A DNA stretch of 40,006 nt from Dehalococcoidales bacterium (GTDB taxonomy: Bacteria; Chloroflexota; Dehalococcoidia; Dehalococcoidales; UBA2162): NCBI GenBank assembly GCA_020354275.1, contig CP070645.1:1372788-1412793 (forward strand). The letters are read 5' to 3'. Positions 1 through 10,071 of this stretch are shown here, piece after piece. The position numbers and the translations under genes are program-made. The notes below the pieces were generated by a model. The model searched no databases, was not told where the DNA came from, and saw only the letters and a program-made list of their open reading frames with translations. Each line of letters starts with the position of its first letter. Within the stretch, counting starts at the first letter, position 1.

Positions 1-765
1 GTCGTTGACTGCTTTTGAGATATAGACGGGTTGACGGTGCCGGACAGTGCGGCTGCGGTTAAGGTGGCGGACAAAGCTGGTAATGCCACCCTCGAAGTAG
101 AAGGTCAACTCGCGGTCTTTCTTTTCATCTTTAAGGCAGATTTCTAGCCCTTTATTGAGATATGCCATCTCCCGGAACCGCTCACTGAGAGTATTAAAAT
201 CATACCTGGCTTGACCGAAAATCTCCTCGTCGGCAAGGAAGATTGTGGTAAGGCCGGTGTCATTGGTCTTACCAACCTCGGTAACTTCACCTTGAGGTAC
301 ACCTCGCGCGTATTCCTGCTCGTAAATCTTACCGTACCATCTCGCTTGGACCTTGCACCAGGAGGACAGGGCATTCACCACCGAGGCACCTACACCGTGC
401 AGACCACCGGATACCTGGTAGGTGTGGCCGCCAAATTTAGCCCCGGCATGCAGGGTTGTCATCACTGTTTCCAGAGCCGATAGTCCTGTGGCCGGGTGAA
501 TCTCTACGGGGATTCCCCTCCCGTTGTCTTCAACCATAACCGAGTCGTCTTCCTGCAACGTCACGGTTATTTTGTTACATGAGCCGGCCATGGCTTCATC
601 TATGCTGTTATAGGCAATTTCGTAGACGAGATGATGTAATCCGCGCTGGTCGGTACTGCCGATGTACATTCCTGGGCGGCGGCGTACCGCTTCCCGGCCA
701 CCGAGGACATGGATATCCTCTGCGGTATATTCATTGTTGGCGGTTGAAGTGGTATCCTCTGTCAT
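1..765 (-). CDS. gyrB: DNA gyrase subunit B, N-terminal part (partial, continues off the left edge)
   Basis: The frame is open from ATG at 765-763 to base 1 (255 codons). It is absent from the ORF track because no stop lies in the window. Translation: MTEDTTSTANNEYTAEDIHVLGGREAVRRRPGMYIGSTDQRGLHHLVYEIAYNSIDEAMAG...DNGRGIPV...LHAGAKFGG..YQVSGGLHGVGASVVNALS, the GHKL ATPase motifs of GyrB. An AGGGG SD lies 5 nt upstream. ParE is not strictly excluded. Confidence 0.88.
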   Translation of the reverse strand, partial: MTEDTTSTANNEYTAEDIHVLGGREAVRRRPGMYIGSTDQRGLHHLVYEIAYNSIDEAMAGSCNKITVTLQEDDSVMVEDNGRGIPVEIHPATGLSALETVMTTLHAGAKFGGHTYQVSGGLHGVGASVVNALSSWCKVQARWYGKIYEQEYARGVPQGEVTEVGKTNDTGLTTIFLADEEIFGQARYDFNTLSERFREMAYLNKGLEICLKDEKKDRELTFYFEGGITSFVRHLNRSRTVRHRQPVYISKAVND

Positions 766-899
766 GACTAACCCCTATTACCCTGCTGTTCTGTAATGCA
801 GATTAGGGACAGGGCGCGTTCAGGCATAAGAAACCGGGGATTACACGGGGAACTGGTGTGGACGGTATTATCTAATTGGCTTGGTGCAACCATAAATAC

Positions 900-928
900 A
901 TTATAGCACAATTTAGCCTGAGGTTGAA
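900..928 (-). promoter_or_regulatory. Candidate sigma70-type promoter for gyrB (TTCAAC-17-TATAAT with extended -10 TGc)
   Basis: The minus strand reads TTCAAC (928-923), a 17-nt spacer, then TGcTATAAT (908-900). This implies a leader of about 130 nt before the gyrB ATG. Confidence 0.45.
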
Positions 929-973
929 GTATTTTTGTCGGTTGTGAGTTTCATAATTTGACTGTACCTACGG

Positions 974-1003
974 TTGACAGGTAGACTGTAGCTGTGGTAT
1001 AGT
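974..1003 (+). promoter_or_regulatory. Candidate sigma70-type promoter for the rpsL operon (TTGACA-18-TATAGT, extended -10 TGg)
   Basis: Consensus TTGACA lies at 974-979 and TGgTATAGT at 995-1003, with an 18-nt spacer. It is divergent from the gyrB promoter. Confidence 0.55.
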
Positions 1004-1074
1004 TTCTCTTTGGTGTCTGCTATTTCAACTGTCTATTGATAGATACTCCTATATGTTCCGATCTATCATTATGT

Positions 1075-1104
1075 GAAATGGATGAGCTATAGCTCATCCA
1101 TTTC
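1075..1104 (+). promoter_or_regulatory. 30-bp perfect palindrome (hairpin or operator) in the rpsL 5' leader
   Basis: gaaatggatgagcta|tagctcatccatttc is its own reverse complement. It lies about 65 nt after the predicted TSS and 13 nt before the rpsL SD (AAGGGAGG, 1117-1124). The sequence is certain; the function is unknown. Confidence 0.5.
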
Positions 1105-1130
1105 AGTTGTGCCAGAAAGGGAGGAAGCGT

Positions 1131-1541
1131 TTGCCAACTATTAATCAGCTTGTCCGTAAAGGGCGTAAAAGGGCGACTAAAAAGACAAAGACACCGGCCT
1201 TGCGCTTTATCTATAATGCCATGAAAGACCGGATGATTCAGGGTGACGGCTCTCCACAGAAGAGGGGGGTATGTGTCCAGGTAAAGACCACAACCCCCAA
1301 GAAGCCCAATTCGGCATTGCGCAAGATAGCCAGGGTACGCTTGACCAACCAGATGGAGGTCACTGCCTACATTCCCGGTGAAGGCCATGAGCTGCAGGAG
1401 CACTCCGTTGTCCTCATCAACGGGGGGCGTGTCAGGGATTTACCCGGTGTCCGTTACCATATTATCCGTGGTGCGCTGGATACCACCGGTGTCAATAACC
1501 GGCGCAGGGGTCGTAGCAAGTATGGCACCAAGCGCCCTTAA
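1131..1541 (+). CDS. rpsL: 30S ribosomal protein S12
   Basis: The TTG start at 1131 gives [13 protein letters not shown]..., the canonical S12 N-terminus, with a GGGAGG SD 6 nt upstream. The track ATG at 1107 adds a non-homologous [27 protein letters not shown] and [13 protein letters not shown] motifs are present. Confidence 0.97.
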   Translation: MPTINQLVRKGRKRATKKTKTPALRFIYNAMKDRMIQGDGSPQKRGVCVQVKTTTPKKPNSALRKIARVRLTNQMEVTAYIPGEGHELQEHSVVLINGGRVRDLPGVRYHIIRGALDTTGVNNRRRGRSKYGTKRP

Positions 1542-1570
1542 GCTGCGGTAGAAGGAATTTAGGAGGTACC

Positions 1571-2041
1571 ATGTCAAGGCGGAGCCGAGCACTTAAAAGA
1601 GAAATAGCACCTGACCCCGTGTATCACAATGTTATTGTGGCTAGGTTGATTAACCGGATAATGAAGGATGGCAAGAAAAGCACCGCAGAGAGGATCGTCT
1701 ATGGTGCTATGAATATGATTGAAAAGCAGGAGTCCAAACCGCCGGTCACTGTGGTTGAGCAGGCGATAAGGAATTCTACGCCCCAGCTTGAGGTTAAGTC
1801 CCGCCGTATCGGCGGTGCTACCTACCAGGTACCGATCGAAGTACGTACCGGTCGGGGGCTTTCTCTGGCCATGCGCTGGCTGGTAGCTGCAGCTGAAGCC
1901 AGATCGGGCAAGTCCATGGCCGAGAAACTGGCCGGCGAGCTTAATGATGCCGCCAAAGGGCAGGGAGTAACGATTAAAAAACGTGACGATACTCACCGGA
2001 TGGCGGAAGCGAACAGGGCTTTTGCCCACTACAGATGGTAA
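1571..2041 (+). CDS. rpsG: 30S ribosomal protein S7
   Basis: MSRRSRALKREIAPDPVYHN...KDGKKSTAERIVYGA...ANRAFAHYRW. An AGGAGG SD is present. Confidence 0.97.
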   Translation: MSRRSRALKREIAPDPVYHNVIVARLINRIMKDGKKSTAERIVYGAMNMIEKQESKPPVTVVEQAIRNSTPQLEVKSRRIGGATYQVPIEVRTGRGLSLAMRWLVAAAEARSGKSMAEKLAGELNDAAKGQGVTIKKRDDTHRMAEANRAFAHYRW

Positions 2042-2064
2042 GAGGTTATAAATAGTCTATTGTT

Positions 2065-4200
2065 ATGGTAAAAAATTCGTTGAAAACCAGACCAGGGATA
2101 AGGGATAAGGCTGTGCCTAGGAGTTTCCCGCTAGAAGACATAAGAAATATCGCTTTCATTGCTCACATTGATGCCGGTAAGACTACCGTCACCGAGAGGA
2201 TACTGTACTATACCGGCCGTACCTATAAGGTGGGCGAGGTGCATGAGGGGACAGCCGTCATGGACTGGATGGAGCAGGAAAAAGAGCGTGGCATAACCAT
2301 CACGGCGGCGGCTACCACCTGTTACTGGGGTGACTACCGTATTAATATTATTGATACGCCGGGACATGTTGACTTCACCGCTGAGGTCGAGCGTAGCCTG
2401 CGGGTCCTTGATGGTGGTGTGGTCGTTTTCGACGCCGTCGCCGGGGTAGAAGCTCAATCTGAGACGGTATGGCGGCAGGCGGATAACTATCATGTCCCTC
2501 GCATTTGCTTTATCAACAAAATGGACCGGATTGGGGCCGATTTTGAGCGCACAATTACTATGATTGAGGAGCGGTTGCGGGCCAGACCGTTACCCATTCA
2601 GCTTCCTTTGGGTAGTGAAGCTACCTATGAAGGGATTATCGACCTGATCGAAAACCGGGCGTGGCGGTTTGATGGCGAACAGGGTTCAGAGCCGATAGAA
2701 GTACCTGTTCCCGAGTCAGAGATAGCCAGGTGCACCGAATACCACCAGGCACTTATTGAGAAGCTAGCCGAGGTAGACGACCAAGTTCTAATGGCGTACA
2801 TTGATGGCCGCAGTCTTACCCCGGACGAAGTGAGGGATGCCTTAAGACGGGTAACCCTGGCTAATAAAGGCGTGCCTATTCTTTGCGGAAGTATGCTGAG
2901 GAATAAGGGTGTCCAGCCGTTACTGGATGCTATTATAAGTTATTTACCTTCACCCCTGGATATGCCGCCAGTGCGTGCTAAACACACCAGGTCGGGGGAG
3001 GAAATTACCCGGGCGGCTAGTGACGAGGCGCCCTTTACCGCGCTTGCGTTTAAGGTGGTTTCTGATCCTTTTGTCGGCCGGCTGGTCTACTTCAGGGTAT
3101 ATTCGGGCAAGGTGGCCGCTGGCGCGCAGGTCTATAACGCGACACGGGATAAAAGGGAACGTATCGGGCGTTTATTATTAATGCATGCCAACCGTCGTGA
3201 GGAAGTTGATATGGTAGACACCGGGGCTATTGTGGCCACCTTGGGTCTGAAGGATACATTCACCGGTGATACACTGTGCCATCCTTCGCAGCCGGTTGTT
3301 CTTGAATCTATCCGCTTTCCACAGCCGGTACTATCGGTGGCCATTGAACCCCGGACCAGGGCGGACCAGGACAGGATGGGAGAGGCACTGCAGAAACTGA
3401 CCGAGGAGGACCCCACTTTTAGGGTAGCCTATAATCAGGAGACAGGACAAACCGTAATCTCAGGCATGGGTGAGCTTCACCTGGAGGTTCTGGTTGGCCG
3501 GTTGCTCAGTGAGTTCAGAGTGGGTGCCAAGGTAGGCCGACCGCGGGTTGCCTACAAGGAGACGATTACCAAGTCGGTTAAGGCTGAAGGCAGGTTCATC
3601 AGGCAAAGCGGCGGTCATGGCCAGTACGGTCATGTGATGATTGAGCTGGAGCCAGCAGAACCCGGTGAAGGCTTTCATTTTGCCAATAATATCAGGGGTA
3701 TTGCCATTCCCAGGCAATATATCCCGGCCATTGAGAGTGGTATTAAAGAAGCGATGGAGACCGGAGTACTGGCCGGGTATCCCGTGGTTGATATCAAAGT
3801 AAACCTGTATGACGGTAGTTATCATGAGGTTGACTCTTCGGAGCTGGCCTTTAAAATGGCCGGTTCGATGGCTCTTAAAGATGGTGTGGCCAAGGCTGCC
3901 CCTATCCTGCTCGAGCCTATTATGAAGCTGGAGGTAGTTGCTCCAGAACAGTTTCTGGGTGATATTATCGGGGATCTCACTGCCAAGAGGGCGCATATCG
4001 AGTCTATAGAGACCCGTGGCGAAATTTCAACTATTTTTGCCCGGGTGCCCCTGGCGGAGACATTTGGTTACGCAACCAGTCTCCGATCTAATACCCAGGG
4101 TAGAGCCACCTACTCAATGGAGTTTTATCGTTATCAGGAGCTACCATCAGAATTGGTAGCTCAAATTATTGATAAGGCAGGGTTGGCCAGACATGCCTAG
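2065..4200 (+). CDS. fusA: Elongation factor G
   Basis: G1 [10 protein letters not shown]3 DTPGHVDF and G4 NKMD are present, with full five-domain length. The start is uncertain: ATG 2065 has a distant SD, and in-frame TTG 2080 or GVG 2113 would give a more typical N-terminus. Confidence 0.95.
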   Translation: MVKNSLKTRPGIRDKAVPRSFPLEDIRNIAFIAHIDAGKTTVTERILYYTGRTYKVGEVHEGTAVMDWMEQEKERGITITAAATTCYWGDYRINIIDTPGHVDFTAEVERSLRVLDGGVVVFDAVAGVEAQSETVWRQADNYHVPRICFINKMDRIGADFERTITMIEERLRARPLPIQLPLGSEATYEGIIDLIENRAWRFDGEQGSEPIEVPVPESEIARCTEYHQALIEKLAEVDDQVLMAYIDGRSLTPDEVRDALRRVTLANKGVPILCGSMLRNKGVQPLLDAIISYLPSPLDMPPVRAKHTRSGEEITRAASDEAPFTALAFKVVSDPFVGRLVYFRVYSGKVAAGAQVYNATRDKRERIGRLLLMHANRREEVDMVDTGAIVATLGLKDTFTGDTLCHPSQPVVLESIRFPQPVLSVAIEPRTRADQDRMGEALQKLTEEDPTFRVAYNQETGQTVISGMGELHLEVLVGRLLSEFRVGAKVGRPRVAYKETITKSVKAEGRFIRQSGGHGQYGHVMIELEPAEPGEGFHFANNIRGIAIPRQYIPAIESGIKEAMETGVLAGYPVVDIKVNLYDGSYHEVDSSELAFKMAGSMALKDGVAKAAPILLEPIMKLEVVAPEQFLGDIIGDLTAKRAHIESIETRGEISTIFARVPLAETFGYATSLRSNTQGRATYSMEFYRYQELPSELVAQIIDKAGLARHA

Positions 4201-4501
4201 ACAGAAAATTCGTATCAAGTTGAAGGGTTTTGACCATAAACTCGTTGACCAGGCTGCTGAGCAGATTGTCGAGGCGGTGGAGCGTACCGGGGCAGTCGTC
4301 TCGGGGCCGGTTCCCCTGCCCACCCATATTCAGAAGTTCAGCGTAATACGCTCTCCGTTCATCGATAAGAACTCGCAGGAGCAGTTTGAGATCAGGACCC
4401 ATAAACGTTTAATTGATATTATCGAGACGACCGGCAAGACGATTGATTCCCTCACCGGGTTGAACCTGCCTTCAGGTGTTGAGATAGATATCAAGCTGTG
4501 A
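4193..4501 (+). CDS. rpsJ: 30S ribosomal protein S10
   Basis: ATG at 4193 gives [20 protein letters not shown] (102 aa, canonical). It overlaps the fusA stop by 8 nt (ATGCCTAG). The track start at 4169 lies inside fusA and is non-homologous. Confidence 0.96.
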   Translation: MPRQKIRIKLKGFDHKLVDQAAEQIVEAVERTGAVVSGPVPLPTHIQKFSVIRSPFIDKNSQEQFEIRTHKRLIDIIETTGKTIDSLTGLNLPSGVEIDIKL

Positions 4502-4536
4502 AATAAATAACTGGTTCCGGGTAATTGGGGATATAA

Positions 4537-5160
4537 ATGGTATCAGGGATTATTGGGCGCAAACTGGGCATGACCCAGGTATTCAGGGATGACGGTAAGG
4601 CTGAGGCGGTTACCGCCGTTGAAGCCGGCCCGTGCACCGTAATACAGATTAAGACGGCCGAAAGAGAAGGCTATAACGCTGTTCAACTCGGTTTCGGTGA
4701 AACTAAGCGTTCTAGCTCACCTCAGAAAGGACACCTGAAGGGATTAGGGCAGCTCAGGTATCTCCGCGAATTCCGGGTAGACGATAATGAAGAGACCAGT
4801 GTTGGCGACAGGGTTGATGTTACCCTCTTTGAGAGCGGCGACTTGGTCGATATTACCGGTGTGTCCAAGGGCAAGGGTTTTGCCGGTGTCGTTAAGCGTT
4901 ACCACTTCGCCGGTGGGCCCAAAACACACGGGCAGTCTGACCGTCACCGGGCCCCTGGTTCCATAGGGGCAACCACTTCTCCGGGCAGGGTATTCAAGGG
5001 TCAACGGATGGCGGGACATATGGGTAAGGAACGGGTGACAACCCGTAATCTTGAGGTAGTAGCAACCGATCCTGACCGTAATCTGTTACTCCTTAGGGGA
5101 GCGGTGCCCGGGAACCGGAACGGACTGCTGCTGATAAAAAAATCTGGTAAGAGGAAATAG
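4537..5160 (+). CDS. rplC: 50S ribosomal protein L3
   Basis: MVSGIIGRKLGMTQVF...GKGFAGVVKRYHF. Confidence 0.97.
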   Translation: MVSGIIGRKLGMTQVFRDDGKAEAVTAVEAGPCTVIQIKTAEREGYNAVQLGFGETKRSSSPQKGHLKGLGQLRYLREFRVDDNEETSVGDRVDVTLFESGDLVDITGVSKGKGFAGVVKRYHFAGGPKTHGQSDRHRAPGSIGATTSPGRVFKGQRMAGHMGKERVTTRNLEVVATDPDRNLLLLRGAVPGNRNGLLLIKKSGKRK

Positions 5161-5164
5161 GTAA

Positions 5165-5830
5165 TTGCAGGTTCCAGTTTATAATACCAGTGGGGAAACG
5201 GTTCAGGAGATAGAGCTGGATGACCATGTTTTTGGGGTACCCTTTAACAAAGCCGTGGTGCATCAGGTAATGGTCAGGCAGCTGGCCAATGCCCGTCAGG
5301 GTACGGCCAGTACAAAAACCAGGTCTATGGTAACCGGGAGCAGCCGAAAGCTGTTCCGCCAGAAAGGCACCGGTTGGGCCCGGGCTGGCAGCATAAAGTC
5401 ACCGCTGCGTCGGGGCGGGGGCATTACCTTTGGTGCTCATCCCAGGAACTACCGGCAGGCAATACCCAAGAAAATGCGCCGGTTAGCCTTGAGATGTGTC
5501 CTGTCGGCCAAGGTCAATGACCGGGAGTTGGTTCTGGTAGAGGATTTTAACCTTGATAAGCCTAGAACAAAGCAGATGGCTGATATTTTAACGGCACTCG
5601 GCCTTGATTCTTCTACGTTGATTGTTACTGCTGGAGTTGCCGATAACGTGGTTAAGTCAGCCCGGAACCTGCCGAGGGTGAAAACAACGCTGGCAGACTT
5701 GCTTAACGTTGTTGACCTTCTAGCTTATAAGAAATTGCTGATGACGGTAGCTGCTGCGCGCCGTGTTGAGGAACTCTGGGGGGGAAGCGATGCATCTTTA
5801 CGAAGTGTTGCGGCGTCCGCTGATAACTGA
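5165..5830 (+). CDS. rplD: 50S ribosomal protein L4
   Basis: TTG start. MQVPVYNTSGE...TKTRSMVTGSSRKLFRQKGTGWARAGS. The 3' end overlaps rplW by 41 nt. Confidence 0.95.
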   Translation: MQVPVYNTSGETVQEIELDDHVFGVPFNKAVVHQVMVRQLANARQGTASTKTRSMVTGSSRKLFRQKGTGWARAGSIKSPLRRGGGITFGAHPRNYRQAIPKKMRRLALRCVLSAKVNDRELVLVEDFNLDKPRTKQMADILTALGLDSSTLIVTAGVADNVVKSARNLPRVKTTLADLLNVVDLLAYKKLLMTVAAARRVEELWGGSDASLRSVAASADN

Positions 5831-6074
5831 AAAATATACTGCTCTCCAAATTGAGGGCAAGTATGCCTTTGAAGTGGCCGCAGGGGCTAATAAACCGCTG
5901 ATAAAACAGGCCGTAGAAAAGGCGTTTAAGGTTGAGGTAACCGGTGTAAATGTGATGACAGTCCCCGGAAAGACCCGCAGGTTAGGCCGGCGGGTACTCC
6001 CCGCCCGGCCCTGGAAGAAGGCGGTTGTCACGCTGAAACCTGGGGACAAGATAGAGTTCTTTGAGGGTGTATAG
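5790..6074 (+). CDS. rplW: 50S ribosomal protein L23
   Basis: ATG at 5790 gives MHLYEVLRRPLITEK (canonical), preceded by a GGGGGGAAG SD. The track start at 5763 lies inside rplD. Confidence 0.95.
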   Translation: MHLYEVLRRPLITEKYTALQIEGKYAFEVAAGANKPLIKQAVEKAFKVEVTGVNVMTVPGKTRRLGRRVLPARPWKKAVVTLKPGDKIEFFEGV

Positions 6075-6147
6075 CGGGGTTGTGCCCTTAGGGCATATCC
6101 CGAACCCTAATATTAGGTGTTAGCAAAAAGGAGACAGGAAACAAAAG

Positions 6148-6978
6148 ATGCCACTAAAGGTATACCGTCCTACCTCTCCCGGTAGACGGGGTATGATTGG
6201 TGCTGGTTTTGAGGAGATAACCACCAAAGAACCGGAGAAATCACTGCTTGTACCCCTGAAAAAAAAGGCCGGGCGTAATAGCCAGGGCAGGATAACGGTT
6301 CGTCACCGCGGTGGCGGGGCGAAGCGGATGCTCCGTGTCATTGATTTCAAGCGGGACAAGATTGGTGTACCGGGCAGGGTGGCCACTATCGAATATGACC
6401 CTAACCGCTCGGCGCGTATCGCCCTGATTAACTATTTTGATGGAGAGAAGCGCTACATTCTGGCTCCGGTAGGGCTTAATGTGGGCGACGTTATTAAGTC
6501 AGGCAGTGAAGCCGAAGTGAGACCGGGGAATACCCTCCCCTTGAGGTTGCTACCGAGCGGGACTCAGATTCATAATATTGAGTTACAGAAGGGAAGGGGC
6601 GGTAAGCTGGTGCGGAGTGCTGGCATGTCGGCCCAGTTGCTGGCCAAGGAAGGAAAGTACGCCCTTATCCGGTTGCCTTCTGGTGAGACAAGGCGTATAC
6701 ATTATGATTGTTCGGCTACGGTGGGACAGGTAGGCAATGTGGAGCATCAGGGCATCAAGCTGGGGAAGGCTGGTCGCAAAAGGTGGCTGGGTTTCCGGCC
6801 TACAGTCAGGGGCTCGGTAATGTCGCCACGTGACCATCCCCATGGCGGCGGGGAAGGTAGAAGCCCGATAGGCCTGCCTGGCCCGAAGACTCCATGGGGA
6901 AAGCCAGCCCTTGGCTATAAAACCAGGAAAAGAAAGGCTTCGGACAGAATGATTGTTAGGCGCCGGGGGAGGAAGTAA
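6148..6978 (+). CDS. rplB: 50S ribosomal protein L2
   Basis: [16 protein letters not shown]...[13 protein letters not shown]. Confidence 0.98.
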   Translation: MPLKVYRPTSPGRRGMIGAGFEEITTKEPEKSLLVPLKKKAGRNSQGRITVRHRGGGAKRMLRVIDFKRDKIGVPGRVATIEYDPNRSARIALINYFDGEKRYILAPVGLNVGDVIKSGSEAEVRPGNTLPLRLLPSGTQIHNIELQKGRGGKLVRSAGMSAQLLAKEGKYALIRLPSGETRRIHYDCSATVGQVGNVEHQGIKLGKAGRKRWLGFRPTVRGSVMSPRDHPHGGGEGRSPIGLPGPKTPWGKPALGYKTRKRKASDRMIVRRRGRK

Positions 6979-6980
6979 CA

Positions 6981-7271
6981 ATGTCGAGGTCAACCAAGAA
7001 AGGCCCAGCTATAGATGAGAAACTGTTGAAGAAGGTGGACGTGGTCAACCGTTCCGGTCAGAAGGCGGTGATTAAAACGTGGTCGCGCTGGTGTACAATA
7101 GTGCCCGAAATGATCGGGCTTACCATTGGCGTGCATGATGGCCGGCGGCATGTACCCATCTTCATTACTGAGAATATGGTGGGGCACAAGCTGGGCGAGT
7201 TTGCCCTAACCCGGACCTTTAGGGGACACATAACTAAATCGGAAAGGACCACTCAGATAAGGAGGAGATAA
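6981..7271 (+). CDS. rpsS: 30S ribosomal protein S19
   Basis: [19 protein letters not shown]...[16 protein letters not shown]. Confidence 0.97.
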   Translation: MSRSTKKGPAIDEKLLKKVDVVNRSGQKAVIKTWSRWCTIVPEMIGLTIGVHDGRRHVPIFITENMVGHKLGEFALTRTFRGHITKSERTTQIRRR

Positions 7272-7361
7272 TCGGAATAGGTTGAGCTCTGGTTGTATAT
7301 GGACTGACCCGGGTGTGGGGTAAAAGCCAGAGCTTATTTAGAAGTGACCTAGAGTAAAGAA

Positions 7362-7700
7362 ATGGAAGTGAGAGCGATAGCTAAAAATACCGGAGTATCA
7401 CCCCGTAAAGTGCGCCAGTTTGTCGACATGGTACGGGGGCGGAAGGTGGATGAGGCGCTAACGGTGCTGAATTTTATGACTTCACCGACAGCCCGGCTGG
7501 TGGCCAAGGTGATAAAATCGGCTGCGGCTAACGCCGAGAATGTTTTTCAGCTATCTTATGATGACCTCAGAATTATAAGGATCTTTGCTGATGAGGCTCG
7601 AACGTTGAGAAGGTTCCGCCCTAGGGCTAGAGGGCGGGCCAGTCCGATACTGAAGCGTTCCAGTCATATCACAGTCGTAGTCGCTGAGCAGGAGGATTAA
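7362..7700 (+). CDS. rplV: 50S ribosomal protein L22
   Basis: [33 protein letters not shown]. It is preceded by an unusually long 90-nt spacer. Confidence 0.96.
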   Translation: MEVRAIAKNTGVSPRKVRQFVDMVRGRKVDEALTVLNFMTSPTARLVAKVIKSAAANAENVFQLSYDDLRIIRIFADEARTLRRFRPRARGRASPILKRSSHITVVVAEQED

Positions 7701-8722
7701 TGGGACATAAAGTACACCCTATGGGTTTCAGGATTGGTGTCATCCGTGACTGGCAGGCGAAATGGTACAGTGACAAGCATTACGCCGAATTCTTACAGGA
7801 AGACCTGAAACTCAGGAAAGCTATTGAGGCCAGGTATGCCGATGCTGCGGTATCGTTAGTGGAAATCGAGCGTCAGGCAAACCAGGTGACAATGACCGTC
7901 CATACTGCCCGACCTGGTATTGTTATCGGACGTGGCGGGCAGCGGGTTGATGAGACCAGACGCTACCTGGAACAACTAGTTGGCAAGAGGGTGCAATTGA
8001 ACATTAACGAGGTTCAGCAACCTGAGCTTGATGCTCATTTGGTAGCCAAGAATGTGGCCGAGCAGATTGAACGTCGCATTGCATACCGCAGGGCGATGAG
8101 GCAGGTGATGATCCGTACCATGCAGGCTGGTGCCAAGGGGATGAAGGTCAGTTGTGCCGGAAGGTTGGGTGGTGCCGAAATAGCCCGTCGTCAGACCATG
8201 CACGAGGGTCAGGTACCCCTGCATACACTACGGGCTGATATTGATTATGGCTTTGTTGAAGCCCGTACTAACATGGGCCGGATAGGGGTAAAGGTGTGGA
8301 TATACAAGGGTGAAATTCTGCCTGAAGCCAAGGAAGAAGAGGTTGAGGAAATGCCGGCTGAGCTGGCAGCTGAGATAAGCGAGTCGGCAGCACCGGCAGA
8401 CGAGGTAGCTGAGGAGGCTGTAGCCACAGTAGTAGAGGAAATAGTGAGCCCTGTCGCGGCTCCAGAACCTGAAACGGCTGAGGTTGAAGAAGCACCGGCT
8501 GAACCGGTGGCAGAAGCTGGCGCTGAGGCAGTTTCTACTGAGAAGGCGGCTGAAGAAGCACCCAAGAAAACGACCAGGGGAAGGCCTAGGAAGACACCTG
8601 TAGCAAAGGTTGAGGTAGCTGAGGTTGAAGAGGCACCGCCAGAAGCGGTAACGGATGATAGTATTAAAAACGAGGAATCTAACGGAGTAAAAGAGGACGA
8701 TGTTACAGCCGAAGCGGGTTAA
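7700..8722 (+). CDS. rpsC: 30S ribosomal protein S3 with a C-terminal acidic low-complexity extension of about 125 aa
   Basis: [23 protein letters not shown]...[13 protein letters not shown] forms the S3 core of about 215 aa. It is followed by an E/A/V/P-rich tail containing RGRPRK. The start shows a TAATG overlap with rplV. Confidence 0.96.
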   Translation: MGHKVHPMGFRIGVIRDWQAKWYSDKHYAEFLQEDLKLRKAIEARYADAAVSLVEIERQANQVTMTVHTARPGIVIGRGGQRVDETRRYLEQLVGKRVQLNINEVQQPELDAHLVAKNVAEQIERRIAYRRAMRQVMIRTMQAGAKGMKVSCAGRLGGAEIARRQTMHEGQVPLHTLRADIDYGFVEARTNMGRIGVKVWIYKGEILPEAKEEEVEEMPAELAAEISESAAPADEVAEEAVATVVEEIVSPVAAPEPETAEVEEAPAEPVAEAGAEAVSTEKAAEEAPKKTTRGRPRKTPVAKVEVAEVEEAPPEAVTDDSIKNEESNGVKEDDVTAEAG

Positions 8723-9137
8723 ATACCGCAAGACCCATAAAGGACGGCGGAAGGGTAAAGCCCATGCTGGGAACAGGATTACGTTTGGTGACTTTGGTCT
8801 GCAGGCATTGGGAACGGCCTGGGTTACTGCCCGTCAGATTGAGGCAGCTCGTCGGGCTATTACCCGTCATGTCCGGCGCGGCGGTAATATCTGGGTATGC
8901 GTATTCCCGTATAAGTCGGTAACTAAAAAAGCCGCCGAGACCCGGATGGGTTCCGGGAAAGGTGCCCCTGACCACTGGGTGGCGGTGGTAAAACCAGGCC
9001 GGATTCTATTTGAGATGTCTGGAGTTAATGAAGACGCGGCCAGGGAGGCAATGCGGCTGGCTTCACATAAGTTACCGCTGGATACCAGGTTTGTAACTAG
9101 GGAAGGTATCACCGCCGGTGATGGTAGAAAACAGTAG
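8700..9137 (+). CDS. rplP: 50S ribosomal protein L16
   Basis: [19 protein letters not shown]. Overlaps the rpsC tail by 23 nt. Confidence 0.97.
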   Translation: MLQPKRVKYRKTHKGRRKGKAHAGNRITFGDFGLQALGTAWVTARQIEAARRAITRHVRRGGNIWVCVFPYKSVTKKAAETRMGSGKGAPDHWVAVVKPGRILFEMSGVNEDAAREAMRLASHKLPLDTRFVTREGITAGDGRKQ

Positions 9138-9150
9138 GAGATAACCCAGA

Positions 9151-9348
9151 TTGAAGGTTGATGAAATCCGGGCTTTAAAGAGTGAGGACTTGGTTAGGCA
9201 GCTGGAATCGGCGCATCAGGAGCTGTTCGATCTCCGGTTCCGCCTGGCTACTAAGCAGCTGGTCAATCACCGCCAGATCCGGGCGGTTAAGAAGAATATT
9301 GCCCGGATGAAAACGGTCATGAGGGAGAGAGAACTGGGCCAAAGGTAG
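9151..9348 (+). CDS. rpmC: 50S ribosomal protein L29
   Basis: TTG start. [14 protein letters not shown]...[14 protein letters not shown]. Confidence 0.94.
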   Translation: MKVDEIRALKSEDLVRQLESAHQELFDLRFRLATKQLVNHRQIRAVKKNIARMKTVMRERELGQR

Positions 9349-9359
9349 GTTTATTTAAT

Positions 9360-9641
9360 ATGGCAGCAAGGCGAAAAGTAAGAACAGGGCGCGTACTCAG
9401 CAATAAGATGGATAAGACCGTGGTGGTTGTTGTCGAGACGACTAAACACCATCCGCTTTATAAAAAGACGATTAAAAAATCAGCCAAATACAAGGCACAT
9501 GATGCCGGTAATGAATGTGGCGAGGGGGATATCGTCAGGATTGTGGAAACCCGCCCTCTCTCCAGAGAGAAGCGCTGGCGGGTGGCTGAGATAATTACCA
9601 AGAAGGCGGCTGTAGAAATCAAGCCCGGGGAGATAACCTGA
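9360..9641 (+). CDS. rpsQ: 30S ribosomal protein S17
   Basis: [38 protein letters not shown]. Confidence 0.96.
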   Translation: MAARRKVRTGRVLSNKMDKTVVVVVETTKHHPLYKKTIKKSAKYKAHDAGNECGEGDIVRIVETRPLSREKRWRVAEIITKKAAVEIKPGEIT

Positions 9642-9702
9642 TAACGATACTGCCGACGCTAATTCATAGTGGTCGGTATGGATTTGGCAGGGATAATATA
9701 GC

Positions 9703-10071
9703 ATGATTCAGTCATATACCAGACTCAAAGTAGCCGATAACACCGGTGCCCGGCAGGTCATGTGTATTGGTTTGCTTGGTGGCACGGGTAGAAAATACGC
9801 CCGGGTGGGTGATATTATAGTGGCTTCGGTCAAGCGGGCTACTCCCGGGGGCACGGTCAAGAAAGGAGAGGTGGTGCGGGCGGTTATTATCCGTACGGCG
9901 CAACCGTTCCGGCGGCCTGATGGCTCTTATATCCGCTTTGATGAGAATGCGGCCGTGATTTTAACGGACAAGAATAATCCCAAGGGTACCCGTATATTTG
10001 GGCCAGTGGCCAGAGAACTGAGAGAGAAGAACTTTACCAAAATAATATCGCTGGCACCAGAGGTTCTATGA
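9703..10071 (+). CDS. rplN: 50S ribosomal protein L14
   Basis: [22 protein letters not shown]. Confidence 0.98.
   Translation: MIQSYTRLKVADNTGARQVMCIGLLGGTGRKYARVGDIIVASVKRATPGGTVKKGEVVRAVIIRTAQPFRRPDGSYIRFDENAAVILTDKNNPKGTRIFGPVARELREKNFTKIISLAPEVL

Noticed and set aside
211-767. Plus-strand ORFs 211..483 and 579..767 and minus-strand ORF 144..374 lie at the left edge.
   Set aside because: All overlap the clear gyrB reading frame (1..765, - strand), which the track omitted because it has no stop in the window.
1107-1541. The 14-aa insertion in S12 ([26 protein letters not shown]) relative to E. coli S12 looked like a novel indel.
   Set aside because: It aligns with the long form known from Bacillus-type S12 ([25 protein letters not shown]). 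It is a lineage-typical variant, not a novelty.
5790-5830. The 41-nt rplD/rplW overlap could be a frameshift signal.
   Set aside because: Both proteins are full-length with canonical termini. L4 simply has a short non-conserved C-terminal extension, and overlaps are common throughout this compact cluster.
8228-8731. Long antisense and alternate-frame ORFs lie over the S3 tail (8228..8731, 8245..8565, 8268..8495), and the region looks like a tandem repeat.
   Set aside because: These are artefacts of GAA/GCT/GAG-rich low-complexity coding sequence, which stays open in several frames. The sense frame is continuous with the S3 core. The region lacks regular spacing and is neither CRISPR-like nor a satellite.
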